This document shows positions 15,015-28,236 of a stretch of DNA of 64,000 bases, piece after piece. The notes under the pieces are model-generated. The model worked only from the letters and a program-made list of their open reading frames with translations, was not told the origin of the DNA and searched no databases. Both the position numbers and the translations under genes were made by a program. Source of the stretch: Octopus vulgaris. Lineage: Eukaryota. Every line of letters starts with the position of its first letter. The first letter of the stretch is position 1. The stretch is from assembly GCA_951406725.2 (NCBI GenBank), contig OX597827.1:81158001-81222000 (forward strand), in the 5' to 3' direction.

Positions 15015-15290
15015 TAGAAGAAATGAGGTACTCAGAAATCCGGATGGTTTTATATTTACAGATATTTATTTGTATGTTACATGTTTTTATACATCATACA
15101 TCATATATTAGAGCTTTTGTCCTTTCTGGTGGAGTCTTCAAATTGAACGGTTCAATTTGAAGACTCCACCAGAAAGGACAAAAGCTCTAATATATGATAT
15201 ATGATTTATAAAAACATGTAACATACAAATAAATATCTGTAAATATAAAACCATCTGAATTTCTGAGTACCTCATTTCTTCTAAGATATA
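15008..15290. repeat. Near-perfect 283-bp palindrome centred at 15149
   Basis: ~141-bp arms with few mismatches and a 1-nt spacer (AATTGAAC-G-GTTCAATT). Confidence 0.95.
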
Positions 15291-15471
15291 ATATCTGTAC
15301 ATCATCTCCAAACCTTCTAATGTATATATATATATATACACATTTAGATATATATCAATATATATATGTATAAATATATAAATTAAATAATAAGGGTAGA
15401 AATTGATATTAATCAATTAAAACCAGTGGATTAGCATATTTAAAAAATCCGAAGATTAAAAATTGTGTTAC

Positions 15472-15656
15472 ATACAAAATTAAGAAGAATGACCACTAAA
15501 GTGGACACCTAGTATGCTAAACATAGACATCAAATCACCATTGCCACGAAGAATGTGTTCTCAAGAGAAAAACATTCTTTGTAGTAATGGTGATTTGATG
15601 TCTATGTTTAGCATATTAGGTGTCCACTTTAGTGGTCATTCCTCTTAATTTTGTAT
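15472..15656. repeat. Palindrome, ~90-bp arms
   Basis: ATACAAAATTAAGAAGAATGACCACTAAAGTGGACACC... pairs with ...GGTGTCCACTTTAGTGGTCATTCCTCTTAATTTTGTAT. Confidence 0.9.
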
Positions 15657-15692
15657 ATAAATATATATATACATTTATATGTATATATTTGT

Positions 15693-15736
<44 letters not shown>

Positions 15737-15799
15737 AATATATATATGTATAAAATATATATATATATATATAATATATATATATAAATATATATACAA

Positions 15800-15976
<177 letters not shown>

Positions 15977-16011
15977 TAGGGTCTATAAAAATATATATAT
16001 ACAATATATAT

Positions 16012-16095
<84 letters not shown>

Positions 16096-16330
16096 ATACA
16101 TATATATATGTATGTATATATAAGCTTAGCCATAGCAGGACGAATACCAAGTTGTAAGAACTCTCTTTATTTATAATATATGCTATTTCTCTGCTCTGGC
16201 AGCAAAAGGTAGAATGAATTCTTTAATGTCCTCAGCTCTGGATTCCTGTAAGAACCAGGAAATAAATACAGAGCATAATATAAAATTAATAAATGGCAAA
16301 AGAACAGGTGTTATGTAATCACATTCATTG

Positions 16331-16410
16331 GCTTACAATAGTTTCTCGTATGAAATAAAATATGACCTAAAGGTGAGTGACATTATAACATCTCACAGCC
16401 TCATCAGAGC
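16331..16410 (-). ncRNA. Hammerhead-like motif with canonical core and long stem II, partly degenerate
   Basis: Minus strand: GCU-CUGAUGA-GGC-UGUGAGAU ... AUUUCAUA-CGA-GAAAC-UAUU-GUA-AGC. Confidence 0.45.
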
Positions 16411-16608
16411 TTCATGTAAATAAGTAAAAGTGATTATGTAATTCTGTTCTTTAATCATTTTCATGATAACACACATTTACAGGTACATGCACACACACAC
16501 ACAACTATATATATATATAGATAGATATGTTTATTTATCTGTCTGTTTATCTATTTATGTCTGTCTGTCTGTCTGTCTGTCTATATATATATATATATTA
16601 TATTATAT

Positions 16609-16645
<37 letters not shown>

Positions 16646-16700
16646 TACACACATATATGTTTATTTATCTGTCTATCTATCTATCTGTCTGTCTCTCTGT

Positions 16701-16763
<63 letters not shown>

Positions 16764-16765
<2 letters not shown>

Positions 16766-16929
16766 TACTAACAGGTAGTACCAGCATGCTAAACATAGCA
16801 GTCAAAATTACCAAACCACAAGGTTTTTTGGGTTTTTATTCATTTGCCTGCTTTCACCTTTAAGTGAAAACTTGTGGTTTGGTTATTTTGACTGCTATAT
16901 TTAGCATGCTGGTACTGCCTGTTAGTACC
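16764..16929. repeat. Inverted repeat, 59-bp arms
   Basis: 16764-16822 is complementary to 16871-16929; shares ATGCTAAACATAG with the 15472 palindrome. Confidence 0.9.
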
Positions 16930-17010
16930 CTTAATTATTAATTGACAATTTATACTGTTATAATTTTTCGTTTATGCATGCTAAACCACTGATAATATTA
17001 TAAACTATAA

Positions 17011-17180
17011 AAGGCTTTGAGCTGGCAGAGTTGTTAGCACACCGGGTGTGATACTTAGCGCTATTTTGTCAGTCTTTATGTTCTGAGTTCAAATTCCACT
17101 GAGGTTGACTTTGCCTTTCATCCTTTCAGGGTTGATGAATTAAATACCAGTTGCATACTAGGGTCAATCTGATTGACTTG
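17011..17180 (+). mobile_element. SINE family B
   Basis: GAGCTGGCAGAGTTGTTAGCAC ... GAGTTCAAATTCC ... TGCCTTTCATCCTTTC. Confidence 0.8.
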
Positions 17181-17267
17181 CTCACATATATTTAAATATA
17201 TGTATATACATACACACACACACACACATATAAATATGTATGTATGTATGTATGTATGATCACCATA

Positions 17268-17430
17268 GGTACAGGTGTGGATGTGTGATTAAGAAGTTTG
17301 CTTCCCAACATGGCTTCAGGTTCAATCCCACAGCCCGGCACCATGGGCAGGTGTACTTTATTATAGCCTTGAGCAGACTTTGACTTTGTGAGTGGATTTG
17401 GTTGTCTGAAACTGGAAAAAGCTCATTGCA
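17268..17430 (+). mobile_element. SINE family A, 5' half
   Basis: GGTTCAATCCCAC ... GTGAGTGGATTTGG ... GAAACTG. Confidence 0.75.
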
Positions 17431-17953
17431 TGTGTGTGTATTTGTATATGTGTATGTGTGTATATATGCATGCATGTGTATTTGTATATGTGTATGTGTG
17501 TATTTGTGTGTGTATCTGTTTGTGTATTGTTGCCTTGACATCACCTGAATGTTATAAACGAGTGCCACGGGGCCACGGTGCCATACAGTTGGTGCCTTTC
17601 ACTTCTAAGATCCTATGAAACCATCTCAACGGAGAAATCATAGCTTATTCGGAAACAGGTGGCGTTTGGCAACAGAAATGGTGTGTGGCTGAAGAAACTC
17701 TGTCTGAGCCAAGCAAGGAAAAATTGGCACCAAAAACTGCTGATGCTGGTCACTGTCATCACTGCCAGCATTACCGTCGTCGTCATTAATTTCCATCCTC
17801 TATGTTAGCATCTCTTGGACAGGTCATCACAATCAAAGCCATTTCCTGTTAGGAGTTTCCTACTGCCAAACCCTGGAGCTGCTACAGGTCAATTGGCTTG
17901 GTTTCTATAACTGGATGCCCTTTCTACTGCCAAACACTTAACAGAGTGTACAG

Positions 17954-18206
17954 CAGTGCTTCTCAACTGGGATCCATACTGCCCTTAAGGGACCATATTA
18001 GAGTTTTCTGATAAAAGTCATCTGCAATAACTTGTTATAACAATGCAGAAATTATTTTAACAATTTTTAAATAAATTCTTAATAATATTTAATTATAAAT
18101 ATATTTAAAGGGGTATTTTTTTAATAATATTGAATGGATAATAGGGTCCAGAAGAGTAAAATAAAAATCAAAGGGTCCATAGGTGAAAACTTGTTGAGAA
18201 ACACTG
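17954..18206. mobile_element. hAT (Charlie-like) MITE inserted in an RTE 3' UTR relic
   Basis: TIRs CAGTGCTTCTCAAC / GTTGAGAAACACTG; degenerate 8-bp TSD (GTGTACAG/GGGTTCAT); related to 28237-28498. Confidence 0.75.
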
Positions 18207-19704
18207 GGGTTCATGGTGCATTTCCTCATGGCACCAATGCTAGAGAGTTTGAATTAAGGGATCTCATAACCCTTTACATTCTCTATTCATTAACGAACCC
18301 CTTTACAATGGTTACTGGTGTAAAAGTGTCTCAGTCACTCATGAAGGTCTGTGATTTGTTCATCTTCCATTGAAGCACCACTACAGGAGGAGGGGTGGGT
18401 GTGGCGGGGTGTTGTATTGTTGGTAATGTAGGGGTTGCTTAGAGAGCTATGGCATATAGACCAAGGAGGGGAACAGGAGTGGGGCAGTGGCAGCAGCACG
18501 GCCAGAAATGTGTAAGTGCCAAGAGGACTCAATAATCTGGGGTGGTGCATTGGCTTGGGTGAGTCAAGGTATCCACCCTAAGTCTGAAGGGGTGGAATGG
18601 CTGGGTTGAAGAAAAGAACAGTGGTATGATGTAAACTGTAGGGGTATTTGGGGTGAAGTTGGGTAGAAAGGGATTAATGACAACAGAAATGAACAAAATG
18701 AAAGTGGGGGGTGAAGGGATAAGAGTAGAGTTGAAATTCCCCCACCCCCATCGATGACGGGGGGGGGGGTGACAGGTTGTAGAGAAGGGCAAAGTTAGAG
18801 TGTAATGTGTAGAGAGGTAAGGGTAGACCAATACCATCCCTTAAACATGGGGCTAATGAAGGGATGAGGGAGGGGTGTTAGGGTGGTTAGCACTGGGTGG
18901 GTGGTGGAAATGAGAGATGGGAAACAGAATGTTGTGAATGGGGGAAGAGGGAAATAATTTAAAGGATGGTGGTAGGATGTGAACAATAGGGTGATGGACA
19001 GGGTGGGAGAAGCAAGTGATGTAAGGTGAAACGAAGCACCAGGATGTAATTTGTACCCTTGGCAGGGCACAAAATATGTCATCCTCCAAACACTTAGTTT
19101 GTGAGGGTGGTTTACAATGGAGAGGTTAGGTCTTCTGCAGCATCACCAGTGAAGAAGGTCCTTTGCCATCTCCTCAATGTGAGGCAGCATCTTCACGTCA
19201 TCCCTCACCTCTTTGTCCCAAGTCTTCCTTGGCATCCCTCGTCTGCAGGTTTCTTGGAGTGCTTCTACTATAAACCCTCCTCCATCTCACTCAAGTAAAA
19301 CAACTCAGTCTTCTTTCCTCTGCTACAAAACCCCCCCGAATCTTTCTTAAACTCAGATTTCCTCTCAGCTCATTTCTATCCCATCATCCCCCCACACACA
19401 CACACATCTGAAGTGGTGGTGGTGGTGGTGGTGGTGGTTGATGTTGTGGTGGTCCTTGAACGACTGTGGTTCTTCACTGTTACACTGAGTCAGGTTATTC
19501 TCTCCAGATGGCACTGTTTTTTATGAATTTCTTCCCAAGTGAGAGAGAAAAAGAGGGGTATGGACAGAGGGAGGGAGAGAGAGAGAGAAGTACAAATGTA
19601 TAACAGTTTAATATAAGTTCCTTGGTAGCAATAAATAAGTAAGGATTTATTAGTGGTACTGATTATACACACACCATATCAGTATAATATATACAGAGTA
19701 TATG

Positions 19705-19783
<79 letters not shown>

Positions 19784-19969
19784 GTGTATTTATGTATATA
19801 TATGTATGTATATACATGTTGACTAGATAGACAGACACAGTGTGTAGATGTTGCCTAAATGTTGTGAGTAACCTATTCTTCACTCAAACCAGACATACCA
19901 CTGGTATATTGACAACCATACCATTGACAAGTAAACAACATCATGAGATGTCATTATTTTGACTTTGAT

Positions 19970-20710
19970 AGTAATGGTTGAGATGGTTGTTGGTGGTGGT
20001 TGTGATGGTATTGCTGGTAGTGGCAATGATGATGATGGTGGTGGTGGTGGATTTTGTGATGATATTGTTATTGTTGTTGTTGTTGATAGTGGTGATGATG
20101 GTGTTGTTGTTGGTGGTGGTGGTAGTTGTGATTGTAGCAATAGTGTTTTTGTTGTTGTTATTGTTGGTGTTGTTGCGATGGTGGTTGTGGTAGCCTGTGC
20201 AGCGATGGTTAGTGGTGGCAGCGATGGTGGTGGTGGTGGTGGTGTTGGTACTAGCAATATTTATTGGTGTTGTTTGTATTGTTATCAGTGGGATGTTGGT
20301 AATGATGAGGATGGTGGTGGATGGCTGATATCAATGAAGATAACAATAAGATGTTAGAAGATGCTTGGAGGTGGTGATGATGCTGATGATGATGATGGTG
20401 TTGATGATGATGATGGTGTTGATGATGATGATGATGGTGTTGATAGTGATATTAGTGATATTGGGTATGTTGGTGATGCTGGTGATGTTTTATCGTTATT
20501 CAAAGGATAATATCTTTGACATCTCTTTGCTTGTCGTCCTTAATGCCAGATTGATGATAATGAAGGAAATGCTGGTGGTAGGGGTGGTGGTGGTGGTGCT
20601 ACTGGTTGGTAGTGGCGGCGTTAACCGTTTCAGGTGATGGGGAAGATGACAATGACAAAGGTGAGAACAAGGAAGATGATGATGATGATGATGCTGATGA
20701 CTGGTGGTGG

Positions 20711-20742
<32 letters not shown>

Positions 20743-21566
20743 ATGGTGCTGTTGATATTAGTGATAATTATAATGATGTTGATGGTGATGATGCTGATGA
20801 TGGTGGTGGTGATGGTGGTAGTGATAATTATAATGATGATGATAATGATGATGATGGTAATGATGATGATGGTAATGATGATGATGGTAATGATGATGAT
20901 GGTAATGATGATGATGGTAATGATGATGATGGTAATGATGATGATGGTAATGATGATGATGGTAATGATGATGATGGTAATGATGATGATGATAATGATG
21001 ATGATGGTAATGATGATGACAGTGATACCAAGAGTTCATCAATATTGATTTACTACCATCACTACTGCTACTACTGCTACTACTGCTGCTGCTGCTGTAA
21101 TTGTTGTTGTTGTTGTGATAACAATAATGTCCTTGATGGTCGTTGGTAGTTTGACACCATCCACCACCCCCACAAACCCACCACCACCACCACCACTACA
21201 ATTCCTTCCCCACCCCTACACCCCCACCCCTACACCCCCCCACTATTTTATTACCAAAACAACTCACAACTTATGCACTGCTTCCCAACACCAACAGAAC
21301 ACCGCGCTGCATCGTTACATCACCACCACCACCACCACCAGTGCCACATCAGTACTCACTACCATCTTGGCACACTACTACCATACCATCACCACATACC
21401 ACAGAACTAACCCCTCTACCATCACTTCAACTTGTTCTTCATTCACCACTCCACCCAGTCACTGACAGGACTCCAAAACAACAACATCAACCCCCCACCC
21501 ACTCCACCATCACTAATGCTTCTACTACTACATTTACTACTACTACTGCTTCTACTACTACCATTG

Positions 21567-21633
<67 letters not shown>

Positions 21634-22010
21634 ATGCCATCAACTCTATAACATGCACCACTACTACCAATACTAACTTCATACCAACGCCACCACATTG
21701 TACCGATACCACTGCTGCTGCTACCATTACTACTACTACTACTACTACCACCACCACCACCACCACCACTACTACTACTACTACTAATATTTATACAGCT
21801 ATACACTCCACCAATTTCACACATTACTATGATCACCACTATACTGTACCAATACTACTACTACTACTACTATTAGTAAACACACCATCAATTACACACT
21901 GCCATCACCACTACAACCACCACTACCTACTACTACTACTACTACTACACACCATTAATTACACCCCCACCGCCGCCATCGCCATCGCCATCGCTGCAGT
22001 ACACAACAGC
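19970..22010. repeat. Compound trinucleotide low-complexity block, including a 15-bp (GATGATGATGGTAAT)n array at ~20835-21018
   Basis: GGT/GAT/GTT-rich up to ~21150, then CCA/CTA-rich. Confidence 0.9.
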
Positions 22011-22139
22011 AATACCAAGACTAATCTCTGGTCTCAATCTGTAAACTTGTTCGTTTGACAGGCACGGACATTGAGATACTATAGAAATGAATAGGGTAAC
22101 CACTCTCTACTGCCATCTCCCTTCGTTTCCCTTGCCCCC

Positions 22140-22170
<31 letters not shown>

Positions 22171-23324
22171 GTTGCCTGGCGTGCAGCAGCCAGAATTTTC
22201 ACTGCAGTTTACCAATTCCTAGCGCACCCAACACCAACAGATATTAACTCATGCATTAATTGATGAAAACTCCTAAAGGATTGCAATCTTTGATTAGGTT
22301 TACAGAACCATCCTTGCTGCCACCACCACCACCACAACCACCGCCATCCCCATCGCCACCATCTCCAATGACAATGAAATTTAATCACCGCTACCAACTC
22401 CACCAATTCTGCTACTATCACTGGTGTTTGTGAATCTGGCCTTTTGGTTTGGCCTTCCAGCTTCTTCATCTTGCCGTTGCCTGTCACATCTCTTGTCCGT
22501 TACACACAATGCGATAACAAGCTTCTGCAGATCTAGCAAATATTCTGTGTCTAATTAACATAAGGCGTTACTGCGAATTAACATCAAAGAGGCACTGGGA
22601 AAAAATTTTAGGGGACAGACATATTGGTTTTTAAATTTTCCCAACGAAATATTGAATATTTTTATGACCAAATCCAACCATGTTAGTTCTGGTGAGAAGT
22701 CTTTTAGCTTGTTAGGTAACCATTGTAGCATTGTAGACGTTTGAGGTTCGTTAAAAGACTACAACACAATACATCTTATTAGATTATTTAATTTTAAAAA
22801 TTTAGAAAGAATAGTCATTGATTATGGGATTCTGTCAACCATGGGGTTGGGAGGTGGGGATGGATTTTAAAAAAGGATCTTTGTTATACTGTCTTTTTTT
22901 ATATTATTTAGACTGAAGACAATGAATAGCTTCCATGGTTGTTTTCAAACTGTGTTAGGTTGTTTATGTCAGTGGTGAAGGGCATATCTGGAAAATCTAT
23001 TGGAGGAAATTTCACCATAAAGGGGGCACACAAACAGACTGTAAGCTAGAAAACTCATTTGAAAGAAATTACTTTTCTCTAATTAGGAGGTTAGTTTACA
23101 AATGAAGTTGCCATTTCAAAAAAAAAAACGACTAATCTTTTTTTGTTTTTGCAATTTTTATGATAAATTTCCTGTATCTAGTGTCGGGTGGTGATTGTTG
23201 CTTTGACTGAGAACCACAATGTCTTCTTGAACCAATTTAAATGGAGACATCCACTAACTTTAGACTCTATCTATGCATAACACCACTTCAACCTTACTGA
23301 ATCTTCATGTCTCTGCTTGTGTTA

Positions 23325-23716
23325 TCTCTCTATATATAAAGCTGAAGTTGTCTGTGTGTGGCAGGTTTGGGAGCCTTCAACTAACACTATCTCCTCCGAG
23401 ACCCTGCAGCACAAGTTGACCAAAATTGAGAGTATGATAGAAGAAGGCTTGCTCTTTATTCCATAGAAGATAAAATTCAAATCGGACCATGTTAACACCA
23501 AAAATTATTTACATCAAAAAGGTGCTTTTTTTCTATGAAAATCCCTATTTTTGACGATTTTTTGAATGCTGTGTCACCATTTTTCGGTGTATTTCAACCA
23601 GAAAAATGTTCACTTAAAGAGAATAACAAGCTACATAATGCAAAATCTTTACTTTTCAAAAATTCCAATTCTAAAGGGTTGAAACAAACCCAAGCAACAC
23701 CAGGCGATACTGCTAG
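23325..23716 (+). mobile_element. Non-autonomous Helitron, copy 2
   Basis: A|TCTCTCTATATATAAAG ... degenerate hairpin CCCAAGCAACACCAGG ... CTAG|T; no TSD; 392 bp; inverted relative to copy 1. Confidence 0.85.
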
Positions 23717-23781
23717 TTCTATTATAATTTTAGCTTGATTTTGGAAGAAGAAGATTTATTATTATTATTATACAAAGATTT

Positions 23782-23996
23782 AAGGCAGCGAGCTTGCAGA
23801 ATCATTAACACACCAGGAAAAATACTTAGTATTCTGTCCATCTCTATGTTGTGAGTTCAAATTACACCGAGGTCAATTTTGCCTTTCTTCCTTTCAGGGT
23901 TGGTAAAAAATTTCTATTTGAGCACCAGGGTCAATGTAATCGACTTCACCCCTACCACTGCCAAACTTGCCGGCCTTGTGCCAAAATTTGAAACCC
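23782..23996 (+). mobile_element. SINE family B, full length
   Basis: AAGGCAGCGAGCTTGCAGAATC ... GGCCTTGTGCCAAAATTTGAAACC. Confidence 0.85.
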
Positions 23997-24039
23997 TTAT
24001 TATCTAAAGATTTATTGGGACTAGTGTCCTCCTCACAAC

Positions 24040-24305
24040 TATAGTCACAACATTTGAGCCACTGAATTCTCCAAACTTCTTCAGGTACCTCTTGTATTAA
24101 TTCCCAAAATTTCGAACTGAAACGAACCCTTTTTGGGGGTAAATTGCTCAGAGGAAAATATTTCAGGCAGGGACAATAAAATGAAATAATCCCCTGCAAC
24201 CCTATGGCTTAAATAATAGGTTTGATATGAAATTCAGGGACTGTTACTGGATATGTCAGGTACCTGAAGATGGCTGGAACATACACTGGCTGAAATGTTG
24301 TGACA
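24040..24305. repeat. Divergent pair of degenerate Penelope-type hammerhead motifs
   Basis: GGTAC-CTGAAGA...AAATGTTGTGAC on the minus strand (24041-24090) and on the plus strand (24259-24304). Confidence 0.5.
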
Positions 24306-24351
24306 CAAGGCTGGATATTTCAGAGTATAATAATAATAATAATAATAATAA

Positions 24352-24739
24352 TTCTTTCCAAGTTTGATGGAAGGCCAGCAGTTTCAGAGAAGAGGAGTAA
24401 GTCACTTACATCAAACCAAGTGCTCAACAGGTACTTGCTGTATTTTAATGTGTATAAGGAACCCCCTAATTTTTTTTTTGGGGGGGGGAGTAACATTTAG
24501 AAAAAAGGTTTTGTAAGGGATTATAATACTATTCATGTATAAGAAACTCCCATATTATTTTAACCTAATTTTTAACAAAAAAGGGTTCCTTATACACGTT
24601 AAAATACAGTACTTTGTTAACCCCAAAAGGATAAAAAGCAAAGTCAACCTCAGTGGACTTTGAACTCAGAACCTGCAGACAGATAAAATGCTGGCAAGCA
24701 TTTTGCCCAGTGTGTTAATGATTCTGCCAGCTCACTGCC
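24352..24739 (-). mobile_element. SINE family B, interrupted by a MITE
   Basis: The two SINE halves flank 24438-24609. Confidence 0.75.
24438..24609. mobile_element. Tc1/mariner-superfamily (pogo/Tc2-like) MITE, 172 bp
   Basis: 27-bp TIRs CTGTATTTTAAYGTGTATAAGGAACCC; TA target (TG on the left, TA on the right); internal partial copy of the TIR motif. Confidence 0.85.
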
Positions 24740-24741
24740 TA

Positions 24742-24940
<199 letters not shown>

Positions 24941-24944
24941 ACGA

Positions 24945-25275
24945 TAGCATCATAGCCATGTGTTGAGAGGGATTCTTTGGGGTTTGAATAATTCACCTCT
25001 GGAAACATGGGTGTTTCGTTCAACATCCTTAAACAACCCTCATTCAGGGACCTTTTGAGCAGGATGGGCTACTCAACCTGAAGAAAATTCTAACTGGGCC
25101 CCACCTGCAAGGTCATGTGCTGTTTATCTTGATATGAGATCACCATGTCGCGCACATATGGTTGTGATGCATGTGCCTGGTGTACCCTTATCAGAAGGGT
25201 AGTCATGATGGGTATATTGGGCTTCGTATATTTTACCCCAGTGTCACTTTGATGGCATGAACTGCTCTCTCACTC

Positions 25276-25276
<1 letters not shown>
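24945..25276 (+). mobile_element. (AAT)n-embedded retroelement 3' region (family D)
   Basis: Flanked on both sides by (AAT)n; homologous to 53003-53222(+) and 50223-50345(-). Confidence 0.7.
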
Positions 25277-25307
<31 letters not shown>

Positions 25308-25330
25308 TGATGATGATGATGATGATGATG

Positions 25331-25399
<69 letters not shown>

Positions 25400-26229
25400 T
25401 AACTGGGTTTCAAACCCAACAACTATCAGATGATGATATGATAGTGCAAGGAAAGAAATATTACAAAACAAATTGACCATTTTTGACAGGAGTGGACAAT
25501 GGCCAAATGTCATATTTAGTATATATTAGTTATATTCAAATTAGTAACTTGGTTAGAATTTTTGCAAAAGACTGGACACTGTCAATGGCACCAAGGAATC
25601 CTGGCAATCATGTTAAACTGGACAATGGATAAAGAAATGGTTTGGTCCCTTCAATATATTTTCATACACTTTACCAAAATCCCTGACAAAGCCCTTTGGT
25701 GACTACATCAGAAGATGGTGCTTGCTTTTGAGTACTTCTCAAAGAGATTGAACTCGAAGTCTACATGGTCACAAATCAATCTTGATAAGCAGCCAATCAT
25801 GGCGGAAACTCTAAATGGTAGACAGTAATGCAACCAGAGCTGTTTATGTCGTTTAATTTGATGTCTCAGCTTATTCCTGAGACACAGCCGGCTCGATTAT
25901 TTGATCGTTGTTAACAATTCACCTACAATCAGTCCAAGTTTTATGAAAGAAAACCGTCTGCGTATGTATATACATATACCCTGTGTGTGTGTGTGTGTGT
26001 ATACCTATATATATATATCTATATGTCACTAATTATACGTGTCTTTGTACGTATAAATAGTACTAAAAAAATCGTCAATGTCTCTGTACGTGTGCGTATG
26101 CACATGTACATATGTATGTATGTGTGTATATATGTCCGTATCTATATGTGTCTCACTAAGTAGGTATGTATAATACGTGTATATTATTGCTATTTATTTA
26201 GCTCCAGTTATTGCTAATGTGTGTGTGTG

Positions 26230-26312
<83 letters not shown>

Positions 26313-28236
26313 AAGACATGTGTTTTCATTTCTCATTGTTGATTTTGCCTCACAAGTTTGTTTCCGGTTGGTTAGAACAACAATCGGTGGAGTAGAAAAT
26401 TTATGTTCAATACTTCTAACCTTTGTTGTGTTGTAGTAATGACAGATATCAAACATATCTAAGTGAGTGTATTTCCGAATTTATTGTTTCAAGTGTCTAT
26501 TGCCTTAAGTGTCTCTATCGATTGATAGAGAGAAAGAGAAAGAGAAAGAGAGAGAGAGAGAGAGAGAGAACAAACAAACGAATTTACTGGCGTAAAGTGT
26601 TTTTTTAATCCATTGTTTTCACAGTCTATTGTCTTAAGTGTCTTTGTCTATTGACCAATGACAATATCGTTCTGTGTTGACCAGGTGACCAGGTGTCGAT
26701 GTCTGTTGAGTAGCTAATCATATTTGGTGGAGAGTGACCAAACGATAGTGAAAGTAGTCTATATTATTACATTAATAGATAAAAACACAGAAATCTATGG
26801 GGATTAGTTGTGATCTATGTTGGCAAAAAGTGTATTTATTGATAAAGTTTATTGTTTCATAAGATTGTATGAGAGAAAGGCAAGGAATGTCTGACGTTTC
26901 GGGTAGAGTTCTTCTTCAGGGAAAGAGAAAAGTGGGTTTTTTTTTCTCTTTGAGACTTTAATTAATGAGTTTCTTGACACAGGGGAGAATGACGGGAAAT
27001 GGAAGAGAATTGGTTGTGGGAGAGATGTGATGGTGGTGGGGAGAATAGTGATAGGAGAGAGTGAGATGAGAAAGAAAGAGGGTGATAAGGGAGTGAAAGG
27101 GTTTGAAGGAGAATGAAGGGTCAGCAGAAAGAAGGGAGAGGATCTTGCCGGGCATATCAATGACTGCAAAAGGTACACACACATTCATACACATGCACAC
27201 CAGGGGTGTAGTCAGATTCTAAATTTAAGGAGAGTGGGCACATGAGGAAAGGCACCGTGACACATACCAAACAATTTTTAACCCGTTGATTATATATTTT
27301 ATAAAAGGCCCCAATTTTGGAAAATGTGTTTGGCGGGAGTGGTTGCTCCCTGTACTCATTCATTAGCTGTCACTGACGTACACACAGACATACTCACACG
27401 CAGACTCACACAGCAATATCAAAAATTAAAATGAAATTTAAAAATTAAAATGAAATAAAAAATAAAAGCCTTCTTCTGAAGATATTCCATTAGGTAGAAC
27501 AGTTGTTGGTGAGCTGGGGCAGAGGAGGACAAGTTCCTTGCTCTGTCATTGCTCTTTTCCCTTCTAAACATATGACTACAGACTGGATCTGACTTTCTTC
27601 TTCACCTTCCACCCAAGCACCCCACCACTGTAACGCACATTACCCCATAACCATATCTCAAAGGTTTTCTGAGTTTTCCCTATATCCTTCATGGGAAATA
27701 ACAATCCTCACAACTTTTTAATTAGAAATTCCCTAAGTCCCAACCCAGCTGTTTTCAAGGTTGTTTTCCACATGTGCCACACCAGTCCCTAGAACAACCA
27801 CTGACCCAGGGGCCAGTCAACCAAAACTTCTGCTGCTTATCCCTCAGCATCTTTCTATTTCCTACTAAGTCCCCTGAATAGTCTCTTCCTCTTTGCAGCA
27901 TTGTCCAAGTACTCTCCGAGCCTACCTGTGGCCGGTTATTTCTCCTCACCTGACCAATGCACTAACACACCCCACCAACACCACCACTACCAAAGCTGGC
28001 CAGACCACAACAAAGAATGGATAAGCAATACAGGAGGAGAAACCCGAGTTGGAGTGTGTAGTCATAACAGAAGGTGGGTGGCTGCGGGAAGACTGGTGGA
28101 CAGTTATGTCATGACATTGCCCCTACAACTGTTACTGGAGTTGAGGACTCAAGCAAACATCCAGATCTTCTTCCCTCACCATGGGGCATTACATTCCAGG
28201 AATCTCAAGAAATCCTATTTTCCATTGAGTCTAAAT

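Noticed and set aside
20634-21149. Asp-rich 171-aa ORF (DDDGN)n resembling an acidic biomineral protein
   Set aside because: Lies in a compound GAT/GGT microsatellite, is open in several frames, has no signal peptide, and its units lack synonymous variation.
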